Part shown: in pieces, positions 8,162-19,140 of the stretch
How the letters are laid out: each line of letters begins with the position of its first letter
Numbering within the stretch: position 1 is the first letter of the stretch
DNA from: Paludibacteraceae bacterium
GTDB lineage: Bacteria > Bacteroidota > Bacteroidia > Bacteroidales > Paludibacteraceae
Assembly (NCBI GenBank): GCA_905233935.1
Contig: CAJOFU010000002.1
Coordinates: 11,453-75,452 of the forward strand
Direction of reading: 5' to 3'
Length of the DNA: 64,000 nt
Notes under the pieces: model-generated
What the model was told of the DNA's origin: nothing
Seen by the model: the letters and a program-made list of their open reading frames with translations, nothing else
The model's database searches: none
Translations under genes and position numbers: made by a program

Positions 8162-10843
8162 ATGCGTACATATTTACCCACATTACTAATCATTCTGCTA
8201 TACTCAACCACTCTGTTCGGACAAGTTGAACGTCCTCAGATTTGGGATTTCGGTGCAGTGAGTTTTGATCGTACAAGATTCGAGAACATGTTGACCTCAG
8301 GTGAGATTAACAGCTGGATGCCTACGGCTGTTCCCGGAGCGACAAACGTGTATATCTCAGACTTCTTGGGCTCAAAGAACGCGAATATATCGTTCAACGG
8401 TCATGGTATACGATCACATCGTCTGCGCACCACGAACACTAAACTATCACGTTTTGACGAGGCTGAGTTGCAAGACAAGCAGCATGGTGCCACTTTTACC
8501 GGTTACCTCGCATCGGATATGGCGGCCGACCCGCAGGTATATATTGAACAACTGTTCTACGAAGGTGACATCATTGAATATGCCGTTGCATCTACCGGTG
8601 TTCCTGCTACGTACCGACTAAGTTCGGAAGATATGCAATTCTCACAGACCCGTCAGATAAGTGGTCAGGGTGCAGAGGTTATTTGGTTCTCTATACCACG
8701 TCAGGGACATTACCGTCTGGCTTGTATGGACGACAAACTGATGGTAGCACGTATAGTCCGTTATCCGGCTGAATGGGGAGACCTATACGTCACAGGAACA
8801 TTGCCCAAACAATGTTCGCTGGAGATTATCAACCGTGAGAACGGCGCCACACATACATTGAATATCGGTGAACAGAATATCCGTCTGCCATTAGGTTACG
8901 TTTATGGTCTTGCGTTGAAAGGTGATCCGACAAAGATGCTCGTAACGACAGATTCGATTAATTTCCAGAACACCGGGCAGAATTACACCATCAAAACGCG
9001 AAATATTGAACTCAATGAGTTCAAAGGCAAGATAATCGGACTACCGGAGAGTGAGATCCGCAAATTGTCGCTCGTGCTTACACCTAAGTACCCGACGACT
9101 TTCCACGCGTTCTACGAGCTGAACGGCAACCGCTACACAATCTACACCGAGCCGAACAACCAGTATAAGGTTCGTCCGCAAGGAGTGAACGACTATGTAA
9201 TGGATACTGTTGCTGCTATCACCAACCTCAACCAACTGGTGTTCACCAAGCGCCCGACCTACCCTGTTACCATCCAGTCGCAGATTGATCTGAGCGGTGC
9301 GACCATCAAGTTCACCAACGTAAATGAACCCGGATACGTCTATACCTTTAGCGGCAATGACGAGATTGAGTTGCGTTCAGGCAGTTACTCAATTGATGTG
9401 TTGGATCTGGATAGTTTCCGGATGCAGCGCACCGCGCAGCTGGTTGTGAAGAAATCTCCGGTCAGCAAGCGTCTGGATTTCCGTCGTGAGCTCACAGCCA
9501 ACGATTCGCTGCCATACACTGACACGCTGCAGGTTGGTGCCAAGTGCCGTTACACATCTATCCGCCAAGCTCTGCGTGCCATCAATCGAATGAAACGCAC
9601 TCCTGATCAGCATGTTACCATCGCTATTGCTCCCGGGCAATATGACGAGATGTTGCGCATCAACCAGCCCAATATCTCTCTCGTGAACCAGGCTGCTATT
9701 CCTTCGGTAAGCATCAGCAACGGAGGTTTGGATATTCATGATCAGGCCGTGCGTATCACAGGATACTACGGTGATGAGTACAACTACTACTCGATGACCG
9801 AACGTTATACACACTCAGCAAGTGCACTGAAGATCAACAAAGAAAACAAATCTCTTGCCGTGAAGAACACCGGTGGACGTGAACTATACTACAATGCCAC
9901 TGTGGTTATCTCGGCTGAGGACGTTTCATTGGAGAACCTAATCATCGAAAATGCATTCAACAGGTATGTTACACGTTTGGAATCACATGACCAGATTGTG
10001 CCGCAGTACGAAGAGACGCCGCGCCGACCTATATTACAAAACTCCACGGATGTGCAAGCCGCCATGTATCATCGTCCGGCTGCAGCACTCGCTATAGCCG
10101 GGATGGCTGACAGAATTCAACTCATAGGTTGCCGTCTGATCGGTGTAGAGAACACATTATACGGTGATGCCGGATGCCGGTTGTTTATGAACAATTGTCA
10201 CATAATGGGTAGTGACAATTGCATCTCCGGAGGTATGACTCTGATATGTTATCGTTCGACACTTGAAGTGTTGCCCACTACATCGTCATCTTACCTTGCA
10301 GCAGCCCGCACGCAAGAGGGATTACGCGGATTCCTGTTCTATGACTGCTTTGTCCGTTCGGCAGAGCCTAAGAAGGAGATGGTCAGCGAGAAATATTCCG
10401 AGCCTTGCCATCTGGTCAAACCCAAGGATCATTATGGCGAAGTGGTATTTGTTAACACGCAATTCGACTTGGCTCTCAAATCCATGGAGAAAGATCCTGC
10501 ATTAGCGTTCGTTCCTGAAGATCCAGTGTTTAACAGTTTTGATGTTTCTCCATATATATATACTCGCGGAACGGATGGCTGGAATCCATCCCACTCTTCC
10601 GAAGGAGATATGGATTTCGCGATAGTGGATTTGAAGTTAGGAATGCATATTGAACCGCACGCGCTGGTTATGCACCACATAGCACAACCGACCACGATGC
10701 GTGTCATCACTCCCGACGGTTCAACGTTCATCGACCAGCTATTGACCGGCACACAAACATTCCCTATGCAGAAAGGTGTTTATTGGCTTATCTTTGAGAA
10801 TAATAAGGGTAAGCAATCGATGAAGATACAGATACCCGAATAA
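8162..10843 (+). CDS. Secreted protein with C-terminal pectinesterase-like (CE8 / pectin-lyase fold) domain, catalytic motifs degenerate
   Basis: ATG at 8162 gives a signal peptide (MRTYLPTLLIILLYSTTLFGQ). PME-like segments: SIRQALRAI...IAIAPGQYDEML, AALAIAGMADRIQLIGCRLIGVENTLYG, CHIMGSDNCISGG. Confidence 0.65.
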   Translation: MRTYLPTLLIILLYSTTLFGQVERPQIWDFGAVSFDRTRFENMLTSGEINSWMPTAVPGATNVYISDFLGSKNANISFNGHGIRSHRLRTTNTKLSRFDEAELQDKQHGATFTGYLASDMAADPQVYIEQLFYEGDIIEYAVASTGVPATYRLSSEDMQFSQTRQISGQGAEVIWFSIPRQGHYRLACMDDKLMVARIVRYPAEWGDLYVTGTLPKQCSLEIINRENGATHTLNIGEQNIRLPLGYVYGLALKGDPTKMLVTTDSINFQNTGQNYTIKTRNIELNEFKGKIIGLPESEIRKLSLVLTPKYPTTFHAFYELNGNRYTIYTEPNNQYKVRPQGVNDYVMDTVAAITNLNQLVFTKRPTYPVTIQSQIDLSGATIKFTNVNEPGYVYTFSGNDEIELRSGSYSIDVLDLDSFRMQRTAQLVVKKSPVSKRLDFRRELTANDSLPYTDTLQVGAKCRYTSIRQALRAINRMKRTPDQHVTIAIAPGQYDEMLRINQPNISLVNQAAIPSVSISNGGLDIHDQAVRITGYYGDEYNYYSMTERYTHSASALKINKENKSLAVKNTGGRELYYNATVVISAEDVSLENLIIENAFNRYVTRLESHDQIVPQYEETPRRPILQNSTDVQAAMYHRPAAALAIAGMADRIQLIGCRLIGVENTLYGDAGCRLFMNNCHIMGSDNCISGGMTLICYRSTLEVLPTTSSSYLAAARTQEGLRGFLFYDCFVRSAEPKKEMVSEKYSEPCHLVKPKDHYGEVVFVNTQFDLALKSMEKDPALAFVPEDPVFNSFDVSPYIYTRGTDGWNPSHSSEGDMDFAIVDLKLGMHIEPHALVMHHIAQPTTMRVITPDGSTFIDQLLTGTQTFPMQKGVYWLIFENNKGKQSMKIQIPE

Positions 10844-10845
10844 CG

Positions 10846-13800
10846 ATGACTATAGACGAACTCAGGCAACTGTTGATTGACGGCAATAGCGAGATTGCAG
10901 CCATCGTACGGCAATTGCAGCAGCGCACTACCGGTCATCTGTTACTCACGGGCTTGCACGCGAGTTTGCGCTCAGTCGTACTGTCTGCCATACGTGAGCA
11001 GGACAAGACTCATCCCGTACATCTCATTGTATGCGACAACGTTGATGAGGCGCAATACCTCTATGCTGACATGCGTACACTGGGGGCTAATGTCGCCGAA
11101 AACACGCTGCTTTTCTTCCCGCATTCCCACCGACGCCGTCAGTCCTCGATTGATGAGTCGATGGCTATCCAACGCACACAAACACTAAGCGCGCTGGTGC
11201 AGACAGGAAGGAATATCGCCATAGTCACATACCCCGAAGCATTGAGCGAGCTGTCGTCAGCACCGGATATTTTCAGGCAAAGCAGTGTCAAACTGCATAC
11301 CGGTGACGAGATCTCTACCGTTGCACTTTCGCAAAAACTACTCGACCTGGGATTTATACGTGTGGACTTTGTGTATGAACCCGGACAGTTCGCTATACGA
11401 GGAGGTATAGTGGATATCTACAGTTATGCATGCGAAAATCCGTTCCGCTTAGATTTCTTTGGTGATGAGATTGACTCTATCCGTACGTTTGACATCGAGA
11501 CGCAACTCTCTGACAAACGTGTGGATGAGGTGGCTGTTGTGCGCACCGACGAGACTGAAGATTTGGTTAACTTGACTGCATACTTGCCTGATAATACATT
11601 ATATATAGGAAACAACATTCATCTTACACCACTGCATGCCGCCTTGTACGAAAGTGGTAAAGATGTGCCATGGAGTGAAACCATTGAGATAGGCGCCAAG
11701 TGCTCGTTCGATACCTACTCGCGCATTGCGTTCGACACGTTGCCACAACCGCTATTCCATAAGCAGTTTGAACTGCTGATGCAGGATGTAACAGAACGCT
11801 TGTCAATGGGCTACACCATCTATATCCTGTCTGACTACAAGAAACAGACCGACCGTCTGTCTGCTATCATGGCAGCAATACCAACAAACAAGGATGATGA
11901 CCACTTGCCGGATGAACAAGAGCAACGTGCAGAATTGTTTACTCCGGTGGATCACACGCTACATAGCGGATGGGTGGATCATGCACACAAGATTGCTTGC
12001 TATACCGATCATCAGATCTTCGAGCGTTACCATCGTGTGACTCTCACCTCGGATAACGCTCGCCGGGGCAAAGCGGTGATGACGCTCAAAGAGCTCAACC
12101 AATTGCAGGTCGGCGATTATGTCGTACATTCGGATCACGGAATCGGAAAGTTCGGTGGCTTGGTAATCACCGGCGTCAACGGCAAACCGCAGGAGATGAT
12201 CAAACTCATCTACCGCGACGGAGATACCATATTCGTCAGCATTCACAACCTGCATCGCATAAGCAAGTACAAAGGCAAAGAAGGAACAGCACCAACTGTT
12301 TCACGCGTTGGATCGGGAGCATGGGAACGACTCAAGGAGCGTACGAAAGACAAAGTGAAGGAGATTGCCCGTGATCTCATCCGCCTATACGCCACACGCA
12401 AACAGCAGAAAGGCTTTGCTTATACCCAAGATGGTTACATGCAGCAGGAACTTGAGGCATCTTTCATCTATGAAGACACACCCGATCAGGCAAAAGCCAC
12501 GCTTGATGTCAAACATGATCTGGAGAGCCCGCAGCCTATGGATCGACTCATTTGTGGCGATGTAGGATTCGGCAAGACGGAGATTGCCATGCGGGCTGCC
12601 TTCAAAGTCGCTACCGATGGCAAGCAAGTGGCTGTATTGGTGCCGACTACAGTCTTGGCTTTACAGCATTACACGACGTTCACGGAGCGATTCCGCAACT
12701 TCCCCGTCAAGGTTGAATACCTGAGCCGTGCCAAAACGCCCAAAGAAGTCAAGGAGATTCTGGAGCAACTGGCTGCCGGAAAGATTGATATACTTATCGG
12801 CACGCACAAACTTATCGGCAAAACAGTCAAGTGGCACGATCTCGGTTTGCTCATCATTGATGAAGAACAGAAGTTCGGTGTGGCTGTCAAGGAAAAACTC
12901 AAGAGTCTCAGGACAAACATCGACGTGCTTACACTCACGGCTACACCTATTCCCCGAACCTTGCAGTTTTCGCTGCTCGGAGCACGTGATTTGAGCGTAA
13001 TGACTACTCCTCCTCCGAATCGTTTCCCTGTCATAACCGAGTCAATTACGTTGGATGACGAGGATATCATCAAAGAGGCTATTGACATAGAGATGTCACG
13101 TAACGGACAAGTGTTCGTCGTCTGCAATCGTATAGATATGCTCGAACGCATTGAGCACCGTATTCATCGTCTGTGTCCGGAGGCAAGAATTGTCATTGCT
13201 CACGGACAAATGCCCGCCGATGAAGTGGCACAACGGTTGGAGGACTTCATCAACTACGATTACGATATCCTTATATCCACGACGATTATCGAGTCCGGCA
13301 TAGACATACCGAACGTCAATACGATGTTTATCTTCTCGGCGCAAAACTACGGTTTGGCGGATCTGCACCAACTGCGCGGTCGTGTAGGACGAAGCAATCG
13401 CAAAGCATATTGCTACCTTATTACTCCCGATCGCGAACTGCTCACACCCGAAGCACGCCGACGTCTGGATGCCATCACGACATTTGCCGAACTTGGCTCG
13501 GGCTTCCATTTGGCTATGCAGGATCTGGACATTCGCGGAGCCGGAAATATGTTGGGCGCCGAGCAGTCTGGCTTCATTGCCGACCTCGGCTACGAAACCT
13601 ACCAACGCATCTTGAACGAGGCCGTTGAGGAACTGAAAGATGAGATGCATCTAACATCGGACGAGAGTGATGAATCGGCTAACAGCCAAGAGCCAACAGC
13701 CAATGACCAAAGTTCAGCCCGTAGATGGGTCGAAGACGCGCAGTTTGAGTGCGATCTGCAGGTGAACTTTCCACCCGATTATATTGAGAATATCAGTGAG

Positions 13801-14244
13801 CGCATCACCCTTTACCGCGAACTCGACTCCTTACGTGACGAGCAAGAACTCCATGCGTACGAGAAACGTTTAATCGACCGCTTCGGCCCGCTTCCTGAAC
13901 AAGCACGCGAACTGCTTAATGTTGTTCACTTACGCTGGATTTGCTGCCGGTTAGGCATAGAGAAGATCTTGCTCAAAGGTGAACGGATGGCGCTATATCT
14001 GCCGCAGAACAATGATGCATATTACCAAAGTGCAGCCTTCGCAAATCTTATCCAATACGCCGTAAGCCGACCGCAGAGGTGCATGTTCCATGACGAGCCG
14101 GTACGAACAAAAGGATTGACAGAGGAAGAACTCAAAACAATTCCGCACAAGCGGTATATAACGATACAAAATGTAAAAACCATTGCCGGAGCTATACATC
14201 TGCTTAGTTTAGTGGAGCATCCGGACAAGTCAGAAGAAGTATGA
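10846..14244 (+). CDS. mfd: Transcription-repair coupling factor Mfd
   Basis: 1132 aa; helicase motifs GDVGFGKTEIAMRAAF, LIIDEEQKFGV, LHQLRGRVGRS; CarD-like domain (GDYVVHSDHGIGKF). Confidence 0.95.
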   Translation: MTIDELRQLLIDGNSEIAAIVRQLQQRTTGHLLLTGLHASLRSVVLSAIREQDKTHPVHLIVCDNVDEAQYLYADMRTLGANVAENTLLFFPHSHRRRQSSIDESMAIQRTQTLSALVQTGRNIAIVTYPEALSELSSAPDIFRQSSVKLHTGDEISTVALSQKLLDLGFIRVDFVYEPGQFAIRGGIVDIYSYACENPFRLDFFGDEIDSIRTFDIETQLSDKRVDEVAVVRTDETEDLVNLTAYLPDNTLYIGNNIHLTPLHAALYESGKDVPWSETIEIGAKCSFDTYSRIAFDTLPQPLFHKQFELLMQDVTERLSMGYTIYILSDYKKQTDRLSAIMAAIPTNKDDDHLPDEQEQRAELFTPVDHTLHSGWVDHAHKIACYTDHQIFERYHRVTLTSDNARRGKAVMTLKELNQLQVGDYVVHSDHGIGKFGGLVITGVNGKPQEMIKLIYRDGDTIFVSIHNLHRISKYKGKEGTAPTVSRVGSGAWERLKERTKDKVKEIARDLIRLYATRKQQKGFAYTQDGYMQQELEASFIYEDTPDQAKATLDVKHDLESPQPMDRLICGDVGFGKTEIAMRAAFKVATDGKQVAVLVPTTVLALQHYTTFTERFRNFPVKVEYLSRAKTPKEVKEILEQLAAGKIDILIGTHKLIGKTVKWHDLGLLIIDEEQKFGVAVKEKLKSLRTNIDVLTLTATPIPRTLQFSLLGARDLSVMTTPPPNRFPVITESITLDDEDIIKEAIDIEMSRNGQVFVVCNRIDMLERIEHRIHRLCPEARIVIAHGQMPADEVAQRLEDFINYDYDILISTTIIESGIDIPNVNTMFIFSAQNYGLADLHQLRGRVGRSNRKAYCYLITPDRELLTPEARRRLDAITTFAELGSGFHLAMQDLDIRGAGNMLGAEQSGFIADLGYETYQRILNEAVEELKDEMHLTSDESDESANSQEPTANDQSSARRWVEDAQFECDLQVNFPPDYIENISERITLYRELDSLRDEQELHAYEKRLIDRFGPLPEQARELLNVVHLRWICCRLGIEKILLKGERMALYLPQNNDAYYQSAAFANLIQYAVSRPQRCMFHDEPVRTKGLTEEELKTIPHKRYITIQNVKTIAGAIHLLSLVEHPDKSEEV

Positions 14245-15020
14245 AATACATTGCTATCATTCCCGCACGCTATGCTTCAACCCGTCTGCCTGGTAAGCCT
14301 TTGGCTATGCTTGCCGGCAAGCCGGTCATCCAACATGTATATCAGCATGTCGCTCAATGTACGGCTCTCACGGATGTGATTGTTGCCACTGACGATGAGC
14401 GTATTCTTGATACCGTACATGATTTTGGCGGTAACGCAATGATGACACGCGCTGATCACAAGTGCGGTACAGACCGTTGCCTCGAAGCCATGAACAGTTG
14501 GCTCAAACAACATCCCGAAGTAGATGCAGAGAATCTTGTTGTTGTGAATATACAAGGCGACGAACCGTTTGTGCATCCGGATCAGGTAAGCGACTTGTGC
14601 CGTTGTTTTGAGAATCAGCATACCGACATCGCCACGCTGGCAAGACGGTATAGCCAAAGCGATTCGTGGGAAGATTTGCAAAACCCGAATACGCCCAAAG
14701 TAGTGTTCGACAAAGACATGCGTGCGCTTCTCTTCTCTCGTAGTATTATCCCTTATCTGCGTAACGTGCCGCAAGAGCAGTGGCTCACGCATCATACCTT
14801 CTATCGCCACGTAGGCATGTACGCCTATCGTGCGACTATTTTACAAACCATAGCCTCCTTATCCCCTACTCCCCTTGAGTTGGCAGAAAGCCTCGAACAA
14901 CTGCGTTGGCTGGAAAACGGCTACACAATTCGCGTAGCCGTCACCCATCATGCCACCATCGGCATCGATACCCCGGAAGATCTCCTAAAAGCGGAGAGCG
15001 CTATATTTCACCTTACTTAA
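14241..15020 (+). CDS. kdsB: 3-deoxy-manno-octulosonate cytidylyltransferase
   Basis: IIPARYASTRLPGKPL, NIQGDEPF, and EQLRWLENGY motifs; ATGA overlap with mfd. Confidence 0.9.
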   Translation: MKYIAIIPARYASTRLPGKPLAMLAGKPVIQHVYQHVAQCTALTDVIVATDDERILDTVHDFGGNAMMTRADHKCGTDRCLEAMNSWLKQHPEVDAENLVVVNIQGDEPFVHPDQVSDLCRCFENQHTDIATLARRYSQSDSWEDLQNPNTPKVVFDKDMRALLFSRSIIPYLRNVPQEQWLTHHTFYRHVGMYAYRATILQTIASLSPTPLELAESLEQLRWLENGYTIRVAVTHHATIGIDTPEDLLKAESAIFHLT

Positions 15021-18000
15021 CAAGGCGAACAGATCGACCATAACTGCATAAGATGTGATCCTGCGAGCCAAAATAACTTGAAGTGAAACCGATATCATGG
15101 GCATAGCCCGAGCCGTAATATGTAGCTGACCAATAACTACCACCAGTTCCCACACTGCTCACAGCATTGCCCTCACGGCTACCAGCTGCAGGCAAAAAGA
15201 CGGCACCTGCAGATTCCATCTTACTCCACTCCTCATAGGTGTAGGTGTTTTGCGAATAAGCTCCACTACCCGGATTAAATGTAAATATGTCTGGGATATC
15301 ACTCCAACCGTCTGGAAGAATTACTATACCGTTTATGCCATTAACTGTGGCAGCTCCATATAAATTGGAAGCATTTGTGCGGGACTCAAACATATACCTC
15401 CATTCTTCACTTGTCAGCGTGCGCCACATACTTTCTATATATCCACCATTACTGATGGGATTATTTCCCCAATCATAAAATTCCGGATAATCTTCATTAT
15501 TTGTACTTGTATTTGTCGGATTATTTCCCGTTCCCCAACCGAACAAATCTATCCAGCCTTCGTAGGATTCTGATATATTGGCATTATCCTCGCCTATATA
15601 GTCGTATTGCTGATCAGCAAACTGCCATTCAGCTTTTGATGCATTATATTGCAGATTGCCTCTCGAGAACTGCACTTGTACGCCCTCGCCTACCGAGAAG
15701 TATCCAGGCAATGCACCATACGCATCAACAACGCCATCACCACCAATAGGATTGCTGCCGTTGCCACCCTCAAAATACTCCGGAGATAACATCAGTTCAT
15801 TGACACTACCGTCATCAGGTATTTGGATAAAGAAAGGCTCAAACGGTTGCAAGATGTACTCATCAATACCCGGCGTGTAGGTCGAATAGCCCGTTCCGTT
15901 CCAAACGGTGATAGGCGAGGTTATTCCCATTGCTGCGAAACCGGCGATATTATATCTGACGTTGTACGGGTTTCCAATGAAGTTCCAGTTGGCATTCTCC
16001 TGATGGGACGCAGCGAATTTCTCCAACGTCAGTGCTATACTTGTCCCGCTACTACTTGCCGATGCGGGCACATTCATATTCAATGTGGCTGAACCGTTCT
16101 TTGCGCGTACGATATATGCCACACCTCCGTTAGCCGTAGCCGAACTGAGCACTTTAGCCCAACCAGACCGCCCTAATGCACGTTGCATACCGCTATATGT
16201 TGCCCATTCGACCTCATCGCTTGTTGTTACATCGTCATCCGTCAAACCAAATAGCGTTGGCAGCATAATGAACCGCCAAGTGGAGTCCAACTCATACGTA
16301 ACTACTTCATCTCCCTGCTGGCTGCCGCCGCCATCAACAGCGAAGTACAGCGAGTAGGTAGCCGACCCGTTGACATGGATATATGCCTTGCCTCCAGGAG
16401 AAGATGCCTGTTCTACTGTAATACTCTGGCTCGTGTAACCCGGTTTGTATGTTACAAGCGGGGTATTCGCCTCGGAAGACAATGTGATGTTATAATTATA
16501 CAGATCAGGATTGAAGTCGGCAAGGGCTATGTTGTTGATATATATCATCTGCAACTGGTATTCGCGAAGATTCGGATCTTCCGGATCAGTGTCAAACCCG
16601 AGGCAAACTTTATCATTCCACAATGGGTTGTTATCATAAGCTGTGAAAGCGCTCTCGTAGCAATAGGCATATACGCAACCATTAATATTGGCAAACGTAT
16701 TCGACGTAATGCCTGGAGGTGTCATGTTCTGCACATAGAACTGAATAGGCGAGTTGTTACCCGTAAAGATGTTTTCTCCAATGGAATCAACAGATGCTGC
16801 TGTAGTTACCTTCGTGATGTTCAGGCTGTTGGCAAATGCTCCATTGCACACGTACGTTATGCCATAGCAGACCTCAACCTCTTGAATAGCATCCACATAA
16901 TCGCCCCATGGTGCCATCGATTGTATCCAATCCGGCATTGCTCCGAAGCCATAGATACTCAGCAAACCAGTTGCTCGTTTGAATGACCATCTGATATCTC
17001 CTTCTACCAAACCGTCAACTATATCATCTTCAACGGTGCCACCTTCATTTCCGCCCATGGCTACTATATTAAACTCGTACCAGAACATGGCACCTTTATA
17101 AGCATCAACCATTGATTCCGGCACTTCTATAGTCATCTTCTCACGGTCAAACGAGTACCCAAAAGCAAGTTCAGATGCCGAAATCACTTCATTGGCAGGT
17201 ACCGTGATGCGCGTGAGCGACGGACATTCACTAAATGCAAAATCTCCTATCTGGTTGGTTGAAGATGACAACGTAACCGTGTTCAAGTTCGAGCATTGGG
17301 CAAAAGCATAGTTGCCTACCTTTGTAGTCTGTGCATTGAAGTTGACATCATATATCTGATCGCGGAAGTTTGCCCACGGCTGCATGTTTTCATCGGAGAA
17401 ATCAGGCATATCTCCCACTCCGTCAATGGTCAACTGACCATTTCCGTACAGCTGCCAGTATAGCCCGTCACCGTCACCGAAATAACCATCTGCTATCACA
17501 TCCCCATCGCCACCGGGATTACTGCCGCATGAAGTGACGTACTCTGTTGTACCACCTGCGCCAGGAGTGCCCCAAGTGATAGATATACTGCTCAAATACA
17601 ACGCACCGTTGTTGGAACGCATACCGATATACTCATATCCCGAGACAGGCAACTCTGTGCTCGAACCTTTTACTATTGTTCCTATCTGCGTGCCTGAACC
17701 GCTATATAAGTCCGATACCGAAGAGAATGGTGCGTACGAACCATATACATTCAGGGTTTGACCGGCTGAAGTCTTTTCACTCCACTCAACAGAAACCATG
17801 GTTACCGTACCGCCGCTTGCCGTAGTGATAATACCTGAGTTGTTACCACTCGAGCGCAACTGGATAGCATCGTTTCCGCCGGCGGAATTACCTGCATACA
17901 TCGCGCTGGAGCTTGCCATAATGCCCGACCAGTCGGTATAGTTTGTCGATCCGCTTGCCACACCCGTCATATCCCGCGTCAGCACATCCGTCATTTCGTA

Positions 18001-19098
18001 GGTTCCTCCACCTGCTGTAGCGTCTGACCGGAACACGGCATAGTACGTTACATCTTGTGACACACTGGGGAACTCATACGCATTAGTGTACAGCGGGGAC
18101 GGTTCCCATTCTTGCGAACCGCTGATGGGCGTGTCTGACCAACCGGCAAACATATAGCCGTAACCGTCACAGATTGTCGGAGTTTCTGGAAGCTCATTGA
18201 TCATTCCCATTTCCTCAACCGAAGTAGTGGATTGAATTGTGCCGTTCACTGACCAAAATACCGTATAACCGTCACCAAGGGTATCGGGATCCGGATCGCC
18301 GCTGGAACTACCGCTCTCATTATTCCGCTCTATAATTACACATGTACAGCCTTGAGCGAACTCAGCATTGTCATTGTATCTCCTCAGTTTGCCAGTGACT
18401 TGTACAAGATCACCAACTACTGGTGCATCATTCTCACTATTTATAGTACACCTGAAAGCTTCAAGTACATTCTCTCCTCCTTTAATGTCATCCATCCAAA
18501 AGCTCATGTCGCCATATGTCTCTGTATATGCAGTTGCAATACTTGTCACATATCCTTGTATGGTGTATTCCGTCCCATTATTATAAAGCTCATTATTAGC
18601 TAATCCCATAACCGCATCACGAGCTGCTGCACAACTTGTAATCTCCCCCATCACTCCGCCACCATCGATTGACTGAACCTGCATCTGATTCCAGTATTCT
18701 GCTGTCTGGTAATCTGATATATACATCGATGGTACAAATAGCGTTATGGACGACAATCGACTGCTGTTGAATGTGTTGGTTGCCAACGTCGGCGGTATAA
18801 CGATGTTTGATGTGATTTGGGTCACATTCGTACAAGCATAAAACGCGTACTTGCCGATAGACGATATGTCACCGGATAGTTCGATGGACGTAATTGCCGT
18901 GCGGTTCTGATACCATGGCACTGAACTCGAACTGCTATAGTCAGCAATCGACCCGCTGCCGTCGAGCGTAAGTCTGCCGTCTTCATACACTGTCCAATTG
19001 ATCATTCCGTCAATCGTTCCACTGTTCAGAATGCCTTGGGCATAACCGACACTGCTCATGATGAGCGTGATAACCAGTAAATAAATTGCGCGTTTCAT
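15013..19098 (-). CDS. Giant BspA-type leucine-rich-repeat cell-surface protein with C-terminal DUF1566/FISUMP-like module
   Basis: ATG at 19098 (MKRAIYLLVITLIMSSVGYAQG signal). Three LRR_5-like blocks (IGKYAFYACTNVTQI; VGNYAFAQCSNLNTVTL...IGDFAFSECPSLTRITVP; ICNGAFANSLNITKV). C-terminus has WRTLTSEEW...AVFLPAAG...GSYWSAT...GRSVRLVK. Confidence 0.8.
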   Translation of the reverse strand: MKRAIYLLVITLIMSSVGYAQGILNSGTIDGMINWTVYEDGRLTLDGSGSIADYSSSSSVPWYQNRTAITSIELSGDISSIGKYAFYACTNVTQITSNIVIPPTLATNTFNSSRLSSITLFVPSMYISDYQTAEYWNQMQVQSIDGGGVMGEITSCAAARDAVMGLANNELYNNGTEYTIQGYVTSIATAYTETYGDMSFWMDDIKGGENVLEAFRCTINSENDAPVVGDLVQVTGKLRRYNDNAEFAQGCTCVIIERNNESGSSSGDPDPDTLGDGYTVFWSVNGTIQSTTSVEEMGMINELPETPTICDGYGYMFAGWSDTPISGSQEWEPSPLYTNAYEFPSVSQDVTYYAVFRSDATAGGGTYEMTDVLTRDMTGVASGSTNYTDWSGIMASSSAMYAGNSAGGNDAIQLRSSGNNSGIITTASGGTVTMVSVEWSEKTSAGQTLNVYGSYAPFSSVSDLYSGSGTQIGTIVKGSSTELPVSGYEYIGMRSNNGALYLSSISITWGTPGAGGTTEYVTSCGSNPGGDGDVIADGYFGDGDGLYWQLYGNGQLTIDGVGDMPDFSDENMQPWANFRDQIYDVNFNAQTTKVGNYAFAQCSNLNTVTLSSSTNQIGDFAFSECPSLTRITVPANEVISASELAFGYSFDREKMTIEVPESMVDAYKGAMFWYEFNIVAMGGNEGGTVEDDIVDGLVEGDIRWSFKRATGLLSIYGFGAMPDWIQSMAPWGDYVDAIQEVEVCYGITYVCNGAFANSLNITKVTTAASVDSIGENIFTGNNSPIQFYVQNMTPPGITSNTFANINGCVYAYCYESAFTAYDNNPLWNDKVCLGFDTDPEDPNLREYQLQMIYINNIALADFNPDLYNYNITLSSEANTPLVTYKPGYTSQSITVEQASSPGGKAYIHVNGSATYSLYFAVDGGGSQQGDEVVTYELDSTWRFIMLPTLFGLTDDDVTTSDEVEWATYSGMQRALGRSGWAKVLSSATANGGVAYIVRAKNGSATLNMNVPASASSSGTSIALTLEKFAASHQENANWNFIGNPYNVRYNIAGFAAMGITSPITVWNGTGYSTYTPGIDEYILQPFEPFFIQIPDDGSVNELMLSPEYFEGGNGSNPIGGDGVVDAYGALPGYFSVGEGVQVQFSRGNLQYNASKAEWQFADQQYDYIGEDNANISESYEGWIDLFGWGTGNNPTNTSTNNEDYPEFYDWGNNPISNGGYIESMWRTLTSEEWRYMFESRTNASNLYGAATVNGINGIVILPDGWSDIPDIFTFNPGSGAYSQNTYTYEEWSKMESAGAVFLPAAGSREGNAVSSVGTGGSYWSATYYGSGYAHDIGFTSSYFGSQDHILCSYGRSVRLVK

Positions 19099-19140
19099 AT
19101 TCTTACGGTTTTGCATCCGCCATGTTTGGCGGATAAATTA

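Noticed and set aside
16375-16986. 203-aa plus-strand ORF inside the LRR gene
   Set aside because: It is antisense to a 1361-aa ORF with recognisable LRR and lectin-like modules.
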